Source: Fibrobacteria bacterium (lineage in GTDB: Bacteria > Fibrobacterota > Fibrobacteria > UBA11236). Taken from it: a stretch of 64,000 bases of DNA. The notes under the pieces are model-generated. The model was not told the origin of the DNA. It worked only from the letters and a program-made list of their open reading frames with translations, and did no database searches. Made by a program: the position numbers and the translations under genes. Of the stretch, positions 9,036 through 19,077 are shown in pieces. Location of the stretch: assembly GCA_043745805.1 (NCBI GenBank), contig JAYTSD010000008.1, positions 128,001 to 192,000 of the forward strand. Reading direction: 5' to 3'. Every line of letters starts with the position of its first letter. Position 1 is the stretch's first letter.

Positions 9036-10628
9036 TTAATACTTAAACTCGGTAGCGTTTAGTCCATGTCTTTGCAAAGCATAGCGCAATTGCCTTAGGG
9101 AGACACCCAATACTCTTGCGGCATGCGTTTGTATTCCGCCAGCATGATGCAAGGCTTCACGCAAATCTTTTTCTCGAATCGGCACGCGTTCATATAGCTT
9201 TCGCTCGCTCGGCTTATTACTCAAAGGTGATATCGTCACATTTTCCGTAGACGCCGGAGTGGTCACCGCTGGTTCGGGTATATCTATCATCGAATTTAAA
9301 ATGGGAATATCTTTGGCGGAAAGTGCTTCGCTGCCTGCTAAGATAACCGTGCGCTCAATGGTATTTTCTAATTCGCGAACATTTCCTGGCCAAGTATAGT
9401 TTTCTAAAAATTCCATGACCTCACGCGAAATGGTAATGCGTTTATTGTATTTGGTGGTGAATTTTTTTAAGAAAGAAGAACATAGGGGTAAAATATCTTC
9501 TTTGCGATTACGTAGTGGAGGAACATTGATAGGCACAACCATTAAGCGATAATATAAATCTTCACGGAACGCCCTATCCTTTACCATTTGCTCTAGCTTC
9601 GCATTCGTGGCACAGATCACACGTACATCTGAGGTCATGGTTTTAGAAGATCCCACTCTTTCAAAAGTTCCATCTTGTATAACGCTCAATAATTTAGCTT
9701 GGGTCTCCGCGGGAATTTCACCGATTTCATCGAGGAATATTGTTCCCCCATCGGCCGCTTCAAATCGGCCTATACGTTGAGCAATAGCTCCCGTGAAGGA
9801 TCCTTTTTCATGTCCAAACAATTCACTTTCAATTAAACTAGCTGGCATAGCTGCGCAATTGACTATCACAAAAGGTTTTTTATTTCGACCACTGGTATAG
9901 TGTATGGAACGCGCCAATAAAGTTTTACCGGTACCGCTTTCACCCCGTAACAATACTGTGGCATCGGTATCGGCCACACGTTTTACCAAAGCCAAAGTTT
10001 TTGCCATAGCCGAAGAATTACTGATTAAATTATCCGGATTAAATCGATCTTCAAGTTCCGCATGTAGCTCTTTATTTTCCTGCACCAGTCGTGAATTTTC
10101 TTCTCGAATCATTTCTGCAATACGCAGGGTTTGTGAAAGTAAAGAGGCTACGATTTTTAAAACGGTTATATCTTCGTCGATCATGGTGCAACTGCTGGTA
10201 GTGCGATGCGCCGTAAGGACGCCGATAGGACGATCGTCTAGGACCACGGGAACGGCAATAAAACCAATTCGCTCCAAATTAAATTGTTCGAAATCGGTTT
10301 TTGGAGTGGGAATGCCTTCAATTAATTCATTATCGGGTATGGCCATTGCAAAACAATTGCTAAAAACTTTTCCCACAAAATCCGAACCGATTTTATAAAC
10401 GGAATTACGAATTTCTTCGGGAGAAAAGCCCATACTAGCTTTAATCACCAGGTTTTTACGGTCGGAGGTCGGCATTAATAAAGTGCCATTTTCCAAATCC
10501 AAATTTTGCGACAAAGCTTCTAAAGCTCTTTGAGCAACTTGCTTATAATCGAGGGATGAAGAAAAAAGCTTACTGATTTCTGTAAGTGCGGCAAGAGTTC
10601 TCACCTGATGCACCATAAAATCTTTCAT
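9036..10628 (-). CDS. GAF-AAA+-Fis HTH sigma54 enhancer-binding protein, NifA-like
   Basis: GESGTGKT, ESELFGHEKGSFTGA, FLDEIGE and WPGNVRELEN motifs; N-terminal GAF; HTH AARVLGVSLRQLRYAL. Confidence 0.9.
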   Translation of the reverse strand: MKDFMVHQVRTLAALTEISKLFSSSLDYKQVAQRALEALSQNLDLENGTLLMPTSDRKNLVIKASMGFSPEEIRNSVYKIGSDFVGKVFSNCFAMAIPDNELIEGIPTPKTDFEQFNLERIGFIAVPVVLDDRPIGVLTAHRTTSSCTMIDEDITVLKIVASLLSQTLRIAEMIREENSRLVQENKELHAELEDRFNPDNLISNSSAMAKTLALVKRVADTDATVLLRGESGTGKTLLARSIHYTSGRNKKPFVIVNCAAMPASLIESELFGHEKGSFTGAIAQRIGRFEAADGGTIFLDEIGEIPAETQAKLLSVIQDGTFERVGSSKTMTSDVRVICATNAKLEQMVKDRAFREDLYYRLMVVPINVPPLRNRKEDILPLCSSFLKKFTTKYNKRITISREVMEFLENYTWPGNVRELENTIERTVILAGSEALSAKDIPILNSMIDIPEPAVTTPASTENVTISPLSNKPSERKLYERVPIREKDLREALHHAGGIQTHAARVLGVSLRQLRYALQRHGLNATEFKY

Positions 10629-10835
10629 TCCCCCACCTTATTGTTAGTATATGTAAAAATTAAAGCACTTTTTTTCAATTTTGTCACTATTTGTTATTTT
10701 TTGTCTTCGTTTTCACTATATATTTACAAATAAGCAAATTGTACACCAATAATTTCCAAATCTTAAAACACTGCATTTTCTGTTATTATTATGAGAAAAT
10801 CTTAATTCACATTTTTTTGGCCTTTTTGGAGAAAT

Positions 10836-12308
10836 ATGAAAATAACCTTGGAATCTGCAGAAAAATTTAAAGTCACCGTCGGACAGTCATTTGTCATTTT
10901 TGCAGAAGGAATTAAACCCTTTGGTTTTTTGCCTGGAAAAAATCCAGTTCAAACCCTCATCGAAAAAACTCTAAACGAACAAAGTCGCAAAATTCTCACG
11001 GATTCGGTGGAAATTATATCCCTCGAAAACACTCAGGTATTGGTGATACAAATTCCTGCCAAAAAAGGATTAGCTCGAGAAGACCGCGTGCGTATAGCCT
11101 CTGCTCGTGCTTATGATTGCTTAAAATCCCGCTCCATTAGCAAAGCCACTTTCTGTTTACAAAATGCCAAAGATTTGGATTTCAGCTGCGTAACCGAAGG
11201 GTTACATTTTGCTGCCTATGAATTCAACAAATACAAGAGTGAAAAGAAACTTTCGAAAGTGGAAGAAATAAATTTTATTGTGGCTGGTAAAGCTTTAAAA
11301 ACTTCCCAAGCTCTATTAAAAGAAACTGAAATTATTCATACCAGTATTACGGATTGTCGTGATTTAGTGAATGAACCTGGCTCGCATTTATTGCCGCATC
11401 AATTCGTAGCGGTGGCTCAAAAAATTGCCAAGTCTGCGGGTTTAGAAATTATCATCCGCGACGGAAAAGCTTTATTAAAAGAAGGGTTTACTGGTCTTTG
11501 GACGGTGGGCAAAGGTTCGGATTATCCGCCTTACATGGTTACAATATCCTATCGTCCGACTAAGAGTAAAAAAGTACCCCATCTATGCTTTGTGGGTAAA
11601 GGTATCACCTTTGATACGGGTGGTATTAGCTTGAAGCCCAGTGCGGGCATGGCCGAAATGAAAAGCGATATGGCAGGTGCTGCCACAGCATTAAATGCCA
11701 TTGCCGCCATCGCACAATTAAAATTACCGATTCAAGTTACCACGGTACTTTGTCTTGCTGAAAATCGACCAGGCAATCAAGCGGTTTTACCTGGCGATAT
11801 TTTCACTGCGAAAAATGGCAAGACCATTATGGTGGACAATACCGATGCCGAAGGCCGTTTAGTTTTAACAGATGGACTAGCTGAAGCGGGTTTAAATGGA
11901 GCGACGCATATTATTGATTTAGCCACCTTAACTGGCGCTATTATTCGGGCTATTGGTCCTAGTATCGCAGGCTTATTTTCCAATGATGCAAAATTTGCGC
12001 AAGCCATTCAAAAATCGGGAGCTAAAGTTAGCGAAAAATTATGGGAACTTCCGCTGGAGGCCGAATATCGGGAGTACTTGGAAGATCCTGTTGCGGATAT
12101 GAAAAATGTGGGGAAATCAGAAGCGGGAGCCATTACCGCCGCCCTATTTTTAGAAGAATTTGTTCCAGCAAAAACGGCTTGGGCCCATTTGGACATTGCA
12201 GGCACGGCTTTCACTATGTCGAATTGGAAATATTATAAAGCAGGTGCAACCGGTTGGGGCTTAAAAACCCTTGTGGAAGTGGCTCGGCATCTTGCTCATA
12301 CAGCTTAA
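10836..12308 (+). CDS. pepA: Leucyl aminopeptidase (M17)
   Basis: VGKGITFDTGG, MKSDMAG, NTDAEGRL and WAHLDIAG motifs. Confidence 0.93.
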   Translation: MKITLESAEKFKVTVGQSFVIFAEGIKPFGFLPGKNPVQTLIEKTLNEQSRKILTDSVEIISLENTQVLVIQIPAKKGLAREDRVRIASARAYDCLKSRSISKATFCLQNAKDLDFSCVTEGLHFAAYEFNKYKSEKKLSKVEEINFIVAGKALKTSQALLKETEIIHTSITDCRDLVNEPGSHLLPHQFVAVAQKIAKSAGLEIIIRDGKALLKEGFTGLWTVGKGSDYPPYMVTISYRPTKSKKVPHLCFVGKGITFDTGGISLKPSAGMAEMKSDMAGAATALNAIAAIAQLKLPIQVTTVLCLAENRPGNQAVLPGDIFTAKNGKTIMVDNTDAEGRLVLTDGLAEAGLNGATHIIDLATLTGAIIRAIGPSIAGLFSNDAKFAQAIQKSGAKVSEKLWELPLEAEYREYLEDPVADMKNVGKSEAGAITAALFLEEFVPAKTAWAHLDIAGTAFTMSNWKYYKAGATGWGLKTLVEVARHLAHTA

Positions 12309-12332
12309 GTTAATGGCTTAAATTAATCGTGC

Positions 12333-12362
12333 GCTAAGGCTTCAAATGGCTGAAGCTTTAGC
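12333..12362 (+). other. Intergenic hairpin between pepA and guaA
   Basis: GCTAAGGCTTCA-aatggc-TGAAGCTTTAGC, a 12-bp stem with no clear U tract. Confidence 0.4.
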
Positions 12363-12385
12363 CTCAATTTCTATATTAGCCAGCC

Positions 12386-14173
12386 ATGGAAAAAATTGCA
12401 ATCTTAGATTTTGGTGGCCAATACACGCATCTCGAAGCAAGGTGCATTCGGCAACTCGGTGTTTATTCCGAGATACTCTCTCCCCAATGTAAAGTAGAGG
12501 ATTTAAAAGATTATATAGGAATTATTTTTTCGGGTGGACCTGCATCCGTTTATGATCCCAAGGCACCTTTATTTAATGATGAAATCCTCAAAATAGATTT
12601 ACCTATTCTAGGGCTTTGTTATGGTCATCAACTGCTTAATTTAAAATTAGGAGGAGCCGTAAGCAAAGGTTTAGTGCATGAATTTGGTGCAGCAGAATTT
12701 GAGCCGGATCTCTCTCACCCTTTATTTGCAGGCCTTTCAGCTCGTACAACCATGTGGATGAGTCATGGCGATGAAGTTTCCAAGTTACCTCCAGGTTTTC
12801 GCGAAATTGGAAAAACTGAACACTGTGCCTTTGCTGCCGTAGCCAATGATTCACAAAAACGTTATGCCGTACAATTTCACCCCGAAGTGACCCATTCGGT
12901 GGAAGGAAATTTAGTTCTCAAAAACTTTCTGACTCTTTGTGGAGCCAAGTTTACTTGGAAAATGGATAGCTATGCGCAGCAACTCGAAGAAAACCTTCGT
13001 CAACAATGTATAGGCAAAAAAGTTTTTCTTTTAGTGAGTGGAGGCGTGGATTCCACTGTCGCTTTTGCATTACTCAATCGCGCACTGGGCGAGCAAAATG
13101 TTTTAGGATTGCATATTGATAATGGACTCATGCGTAAGGATGAAAGTGCCGACGTAATAGATTTTATGCAGCGCGAAGGCTTTCGTAATTTAAAAATCAA
13201 AGATGCTTCGGAAACTTTTTTACAAGCATTAAAAGGCATTACCGCTCCCGAAGCCAAACGAAAAATCATTGGTGAAACTTTTATTCAAGTTAAAGATGCG
13301 GAGTTGCTTGCCTTAAAGTTAAATCCCCAAGATTGGCTGTTAGCGCAAGGCACGATTTATCCCGACACCATTGAAAGTGGTGGAACACAAAATGCCGCGG
13401 TGATTAAAACGCATCATAATCGTGTAGATAGTATTAAAGAACTAATTGCTTTAGGGCTAGTCGTAGAACCTTTAGCGGAATTATATAAAGATGAAGTACG
13501 CGAATTAGGTTTACTTTTAGGTATTCCTGAAAAATTAATTTGGCGACATCCTTTTCCCGGTCCGGGCTTGGGTGTAAGACTTTTATGCAATGCCGATTTA
13601 AATAAAGAAATCGATCCGACCTTAAGGGAAGGATTACAAAAGTTTGGTCAAGAAAATGATTTTAAAGGGGAAGTACTGGCAGTTGAAAGCGTGGGCGTGC
13701 AAGGCGATGCGCGCACTTATGCACATCCCTTGGTTTTACAAAATTTACGCGATTGGAAAAGAGCCGAAACGCTGTCTACCTTAATTACCAATCGCTTCCG
13801 TGGTGTAAATCGGGTGGTTTTAGAAATCGGAAGAATAAGTGATGCGCCTTATACTTTGATCGCTGCTTATTGCGAAAAATCTGCTCTTGATTTTTTACGA
13901 GAAGCCGATGCCCTCTGTCATAGCCTACTTTATGCAAACAATTTGTATCGCTCGATTTGGCAAATGCCAGTAGTATTATTGCCACTCACCATTTCACAAA
14001 AACCCGTTATTGTATTACGTCCAGTACATTCCTCGGAAGCTATGACCGCGCGCTTTGCCACTATTGATTTTGCTTTGCTCGATACCCTATGGCAGCAATT
14101 AAAAACCTTGGGAGCTGGGGCTTTATTGTACGACGTAACCCATAAGCCACCTGGAACCATAGAATGGGAATAG
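12386..14173 (+). CDS. guaA: GMP synthase (glutamine-hydrolysing)
   Basis: ILDFGGQY, GLCYGHQ, QFHPEV, SGGVDS, IKTHHN, HPFPGPGL and KPPGTIEWE motifs. Confidence 0.96.
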   Translation: MEKIAILDFGGQYTHLEARCIRQLGVYSEILSPQCKVEDLKDYIGIIFSGGPASVYDPKAPLFNDEILKIDLPILGLCYGHQLLNLKLGGAVSKGLVHEFGAAEFEPDLSHPLFAGLSARTTMWMSHGDEVSKLPPGFREIGKTEHCAFAAVANDSQKRYAVQFHPEVTHSVEGNLVLKNFLTLCGAKFTWKMDSYAQQLEENLRQQCIGKKVFLLVSGGVDSTVAFALLNRALGEQNVLGLHIDNGLMRKDESADVIDFMQREGFRNLKIKDASETFLQALKGITAPEAKRKIIGETFIQVKDAELLALKLNPQDWLLAQGTIYPDTIESGGTQNAAVIKTHHNRVDSIKELIALGLVVEPLAELYKDEVRELGLLLGIPEKLIWRHPFPGPGLGVRLLCNADLNKEIDPTLREGLQKFGQENDFKGEVLAVESVGVQGDARTYAHPLVLQNLRDWKRAETLSTLITNRFRGVNRVVLEIGRISDAPYTLIAAYCEKSALDFLREADALCHSLLYANNLYRSIWQMPVVLLPLTISQKPVIVLRPVHSSEAMTARFATIDFALLDTLWQQLKTLGAGALLYDVTHKPPGTIEWE

Positions 14174-15288
14174 GCCATATCGTTCCCAAAGAACGTGAGA
14201 AAGCCATTTTAGTAGGGGTTGCCACACGTGAAGTGTCGCCCTCCGCTTTAAAAGAGCATTTAGCTGAGCTTGGACGTTTGGCGCACACTGCTGGAGCCGA
14301 TATTACGAATATTGTGACACAAAGACGTGATGCCTTTGATCCCGCTACCTTAATTGGGGAAGGCAAAGTTAAAGAAATTGCTCTTTTGGTTAAAGAAACC
14401 TGTGCTGACTTAGTTATTTTTGATGAGGATCTTTCGGGCTCCCAAGCGAAAAAACTGGAAGCACTGCTCGCCATTAAAATAGTGGATCGCAGCGGTATCA
14501 TTCTCGATATTTTTGCTAAACATGCTAAAACTGCGGAAGCAAAAATTCAGGTCGAAGTCGCACAATTACAATACATGTTACCTCGCCTAACCAAAGCATG
14601 GACGCATTTATCTCGCCAAGCAGGCGGTGTAGGTATTGGTATGCGTGGTCCAGGTGAAACGCAGCTTGAAGTCGATAGACGCCTAGTACGCAAACGCATA
14701 GCCGATTTATCCGACAAGCTGGAAAAAATGGAAAGCATACGCCAAGCACAGCACAATCATCGCGTACCGATTTTTCATGCCGCTTTAGTTGGATATACCA
14801 ATGCAGGAAAAAGTACACTGATGAATGGAATGACTAAGGCTGGCGTAGAAAGTGCGGATAAGCTTTTTGCTACCCTCGATCCTACCACACGCAAACTGTA
14901 TTTGGGATCCCATAAACATGCGGTGATTTCCGATACCGTAGGCTTTATTCGCAAACTCCCCGTGGGATTAGTCGCTTCTTTTAAAAGCACGCTCAGTGTA
15001 GTTTGCCAAGCCTCTTTAATTTTACATGTGGTTGATGCCAGCTCTGAGGACTATGAAGATCAAATGGAAACCACCGCTAAAATTTTAAAAGAATTAAAAA
15101 CCGATCACATTTTACGGCTTACGGTTTTTAATAAAATTGATTTACTCTCACCGGAGCGAGTAAATTTTATGCAGGTGCATTATCCCGAAGCCATGTTTGT
15201 TTCTGCGGATCAAAAAATTGGTTTGCAAGAATTGCGTGCGCGTATCGAGGAAATTTATACGCATGGCGGTTTCGCCAAATGGACTTAA
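14164..15288 (+). CDS. hflX: GTPase HflX
   Basis: GPGETQLEVDRR, GYTNAGKS, LFATLD, DTVGF and NKID motifs. Confidence 0.96.
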   Translation: MGIGHIVPKEREKAILVGVATREVSPSALKEHLAELGRLAHTAGADITNIVTQRRDAFDPATLIGEGKVKEIALLVKETCADLVIFDEDLSGSQAKKLEALLAIKIVDRSGIILDIFAKHAKTAEAKIQVEVAQLQYMLPRLTKAWTHLSRQAGGVGIGMRGPGETQLEVDRRLVRKRIADLSDKLEKMESIRQAQHNHRVPIFHAALVGYTNAGKSTLMNGMTKAGVESADKLFATLDPTTRKLYLGSHKHAVISDTVGFIRKLPVGLVASFKSTLSVVCQASLILHVVDASSEDYEDQMETTAKILKELKTDHILRLTVFNKIDLLSPERVNFMQVHYPEAMFVSADQKIGLQELRARIEEIYTHGGFAKWT

Positions 15289-16157
15289 AAGCCGAATTTA
15301 ATCCCGCTTATATTTCACGCCTCAAAGGTTTGTCATTACAAGCGAAATGGGTATTGGAAGGTGTCATGACCGGACGGCATCGTTCTCCTTATCATGGATA
15401 TTCATCTGAGTTTTCACAATACAAAGGTTATGCTTTAGGCGATGATTTAAAAAATCTGGATTGGAAAGTTTTTGGTAAGAACGATCAATTAGTCACACGC
15501 CGATATAGAGATGAAACCAATAGTAATGTGTATCTCGCCATAGATAGCTCTTTGTCTATGCATTATGGAAATCCTTTATCCAAATTAACTTATGTTAAAG
15601 TATTGGCGGCCTCACTCGGTATGCTGGCTTTTCGACAACGCGATGCTTTAGCTTTAGCCACAGGTGCGGGCGAAAATATAAACTTTTTAGCGCCTAAAAA
15701 TAGCGCCAGTCATTTTCAAAGAGTATTAGATACTTTAGAAAAGTTGCAGCCCTCGGGTGTTACGGATCTTAAAATGTTGTTTGAATCGATTGCTGTGCAA
15801 ATAAAATCAGGCAGCATGGTTTTTGTTTTCACCGATCTTTGGCATCCTGACAACACTTTACGTGAAGGCTTAAAAGCCTTGCGTGCCAAGCATCCCGCAA
15901 TTACTCTGATTCATATCCAAGATCCTGAAGAAAAATCCTTTTTTGCCGACGGCTATTTGGAGCTAGAAGATTTAGAAAATCAATCCAAACTAAAAGTATC
16001 CGCGAGTCATTTACGCCAGCAATATTTACAAACCCTGCAAGCGCATATACAAGCCATTCGTAATGAATGTGAAGGGTTACGTATGCATTATGTTCCTATA
16101 CTCACGACAATGCCTTATTTCGAAGCGGTTCGTCGTATTTTAACCCGAGGCAAATAG
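15279..16157 (+). CDS. DUF58 (VWA-like) protein
   Basis: GRHRS...G.SSEFSQYK.Y..GDD..NLDWK and DSSLSM motifs. Confidence 0.88.
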   Translation: MDLKAEFNPAYISRLKGLSLQAKWVLEGVMTGRHRSPYHGYSSEFSQYKGYALGDDLKNLDWKVFGKNDQLVTRRYRDETNSNVYLAIDSSLSMHYGNPLSKLTYVKVLAASLGMLAFRQRDALALATGAGENINFLAPKNSASHFQRVLDTLEKLQPSGVTDLKMLFESIAVQIKSGSMVFVFTDLWHPDNTLREGLKALRAKHPAITLIHIQDPEEKSFFADGYLELEDLENQSKLKVSASHLRQQYLQTLQAHIQAIRNECEGLRMHYVPILTTMPYFEAVRRILTRGK

Positions 16158-18217
16158 TGTTTTCTTTTTTTTCGCCTTTAACCTTTTGGATAGCCTCGGC
16201 CTTAGCTATTCCCTTACTCATTCATTTTTGGGGCAAACAAAAACTAGAAGTTAAAAAATTTGCCAGCTTATTATTAATACAACATAAGCTGGCGGAAAGT
16301 ATGCGCAGAAATCGCATAAAAAATTTATTCTTACTCATTCTCCGTACCTTAATGTTACTCTGTCTTTTGCTCGCTTTAGTGCAGCCTATTTTTCATTTTA
16401 AAGCTTTTTCCCAAAAGCCGGAAGAAGTGGCTATTCTAAATGTGAATAATGCCTATGCCCAGTTAACGTTACCCAATGGAAAAATGGTTTTTGAGCAAGA
16501 ACAAAAAGATTGGCGAAAATTAGATTCGCTACTTAAAAAGCCCTGTAAACAATTTGATATTCTTGCAATATCAGATAATACCTCCCTACCTGAAGCACGC
16601 TTTGGGCAAATGGAATATGCATGGCAAAGATTGTTGCAATATGCAGAAGAAAAAAAAACCGCCACCAAACTTTATATACCGGTATTTAATTGGCAAGCAC
16701 TCGAAAAATTTATTCCACAATTAGCTATTGTTTTACCAACGCATCCGCATCTCACCATTGATTTTGTTGACTATGCTGCATTGAGTGCCCAGTTAAATCC
16801 ATTCAATTCCATTGCCATTATTGCTCCGCAACAAAATGGCCTTCCCCATTTTCGCATTGCCTTACAAAACACGATTCCTTTAACCAGTCCCGAATTCACT
16901 TTACAGTTATGGCAAGACAATCATTTATCGCAAGAGAAACCTTTAAGCGATGTACAACAAGATCAACCCTTACAGCCCAGCTCGCAATCTTTTTTCAAAG
17001 GTTACCTGCAACTCAAACCAAAACCCGCAGTTGCAAACCCAAGCTTTGCCTATGCGAAATATTATTTTGCTTTACCCAAACCTCATACGCTTAATTTACA
17101 ACATATTGGAAGTACTGCATTTTCACTCCCAAGTTTAGGCATTGCGAGTCGATATTGCCAAATTCAACATCTTGAAGATCCGGCTTCCCTATCGCAAAAT
17201 CTTCAGAACAGTAATACACCAGTTACGGCCTTAATTTATTTTTCCAATGCGTCCTCAACTTCCACAGAATATTATTTCCAAATCTTGGAATACATACGCC
17301 AAGGTGGCCATGTTATTATGGGATTGGGCGATCATACAGATATCGCAGCACTCAATAGATATTTTTTACAACCCTTGTCTATGGGACAAATTAGCGCGCC
17401 GGAAAATTTTGGTGCGGCACAAAAGGTGGTCGCCTCAACTTTCGAATTAAAAAAATGGGGCTTGCCTGATGACATTTCTATTTCGGGAACGGTCTCATAC
17501 TTATTTCCATTCACGGCACAACCCGAAGTAAATATTTTACTTTCCACTGGACAAAAACCTTTATTATTACAAATACCCTATCATTATGGCGAAGTGTTTT
17601 TATGGACTACGGATTTAGATAATCTTGCCTGGAGTGATCTAGGGGTGCAAGGATTTATTCCTTTATTACATCAAGCCTTTATTCGCAATAGTTGGCAAGC
17701 CTTATGGCATAATCATGGAATTGCTTCCGACTCCATATTGACGCTCGATGAAGGTGATAGTGAAATTAAGAGCGCGCAAAGTAATGAAAGCCAATGGCAA
17801 ATAATTGATCCCGATGGAAATACCTTTTCACGTATTCGCCGAGAAGGGCGTCGTGTGCATATTGGGCCATTTCCACAATTAGGCATTTACAAAGCCATGC
17901 GTTCCCTACCCTTTCGTGACTCACTATTTTTTGCGGTTAATTTGGAAATTCACCATGAGGATAAACCTACCGCATTTACCGAACAAAAAACTGCGGTATT
18001 AAAATCCTTATCACAATTTGAATCGCAAATTAATGTCTTGCCATTTGAAGATGACAATAAAGCGGAAGGCTATACCGGAAAAAAAATCGATGAGGAATGG
18101 AAAAAATGGAACTCCCCTGAGTTGCCATTATGGAGAATACTCATACTGCTAGCGATATTACTATTTTTCCTAGAGGGACTTTTATCCATTTTATTTCGTA
18201 TGAACAGAGTAAACTAA
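16157..18217 (+). CDS. BatA (aerotolerance regulator N-terminal) domain membrane protein
   Basis: N-terminus AIPLLIHF...LLILR.L...L.LAL.QP; C-terminal TM; follows DUF58. Confidence 0.75.
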   Translation: MFSFFSPLTFWIASALAIPLLIHFWGKQKLEVKKFASLLLIQHKLAESMRRNRIKNLFLLILRTLMLLCLLLALVQPIFHFKAFSQKPEEVAILNVNNAYAQLTLPNGKMVFEQEQKDWRKLDSLLKKPCKQFDILAISDNTSLPEARFGQMEYAWQRLLQYAEEKKTATKLYIPVFNWQALEKFIPQLAIVLPTHPHLTIDFVDYAALSAQLNPFNSIAIIAPQQNGLPHFRIALQNTIPLTSPEFTLQLWQDNHLSQEKPLSDVQQDQPLQPSSQSFFKGYLQLKPKPAVANPSFAYAKYYFALPKPHTLNLQHIGSTAFSLPSLGIASRYCQIQHLEDPASLSQNLQNSNTPVTALIYFSNASSTSTEYYFQILEYIRQGGHVIMGLGDHTDIAALNRYFLQPLSMGQISAPENFGAAQKVVASTFELKKWGLPDDISISGTVSYLFPFTAQPEVNILLSTGQKPLLLQIPYHYGEVFLWTTDLDNLAWSDLGVQGFIPLLHQAFIRNSWQALWHNHGIASDSILTLDEGDSEIKSAQSNESQWQIIDPDGNTFSRIRREGRRVHIGPFPQLGIYKAMRSLPFRDSLFFAVNLEIHHEDKPTAFTEQKTAVLKSLSQFESQINVLPFEDDNKAEGYTGKKIDEEWKKWNSPELPLWRILILLAILLFFLEGLLSILFRMNRVN

Positions 18218-19077
18218 TGCCTATTCGTGGAACCACCCGATTGATAGCTCTTTTGGGTAATCCAGTTAAACATTCTCTATCCCCTGCCATGCACAATGCA
18301 GCCTTTGAAAAGTATGCCCTAGATTTTGCCTATGTTCCATGGGGCTTTGAAGAGCATAACTTGAAAATCATGATCGATGCCATTAAGGCATTAAATATGG
18401 TCGGAGCGAATGTTACGCTTCCCTATAAACAAAAAATCATTCCTTTTCTCGATGAAATTTCGGATTTATCACAACAAATTGGCGCCGTAAATACCATTAT
18501 TAATAAGGACGGTAAGCTCATAGGAACCACTACCGATCCAATTGGCTTTTTGCAAAACTTTCGCAGCTCAGGCCATTCCTTTACAGGAAAAAAAATAGCG
18601 CTCTTGGGCAATGGTGGATCGGCAAGAACACTCGCCTTTGCCTTATGCATGCAGGATAAGCCATTTGAAGTTTGCTTAGTCGCGCGCGATGTCCTAAAGT
18701 CACAACAATTGCAAATTGAAATCAATGAAAAATTAGGGCAATTTATTTCCTTTTGTGATTTTTCTGAGTATGCAAAAATCGCCGCGCGTTTTGAAGTTGT
18801 AGTCAATGCCACGTCCATAGGCATGCATCCGCAAACCGAACAAAGCCCTTTAGCAAAAAAAGATATTCATCCTGGCCAAGTGATTTATGACATTGTTTAT
18901 GCCCCCGAAAAAACCCGTTTACTGCAAGATGCGGAAGCTTGTGGTTTACAAATTGTGGGTGGCCTGGGCATGTTGGTTCATCAAGGCATAGCCTCTTTTC
19001 AATATTGGACAGGTATTATGCCAGATCCACAATTATTCTTAGCAAGTGCACGTCATCAATTAGACAATAAAATATGA
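18217..19077 (+). CDS. aroE: Shikimate dehydrogenase
   Basis: HSLSPAMHN, GANVTLPYK, GAVNT and GNGGSAR motifs. ATG overlaps the upstream TAA. Confidence 0.93.
   Translation: MPIRGTTRLIALLGNPVKHSLSPAMHNAAFEKYALDFAYVPWGFEEHNLKIMIDAIKALNMVGANVTLPYKQKIIPFLDEISDLSQQIGAVNTIINKDGKLIGTTTDPIGFLQNFRSSGHSFTGKKIALLGNGGSARTLAFALCMQDKPFEVCLVARDVLKSQQLQIEINEKLGQFISFCDFSEYAKIAARFEVVVNATSIGMHPQTEQSPLAKKDIHPGQVIYDIVYAPEKTRLLQDAEACGLQIVGGLGMLVHQGIASFQYWTGIMPDPQLFLASARHQLDNKI

Noticed and set aside
9904-10398. 164-aa antisense ORF, and the many other short shadow ORFs in the track
   Set aside because: They lie opposite or inside well-supported genes and have no recognisable motifs.
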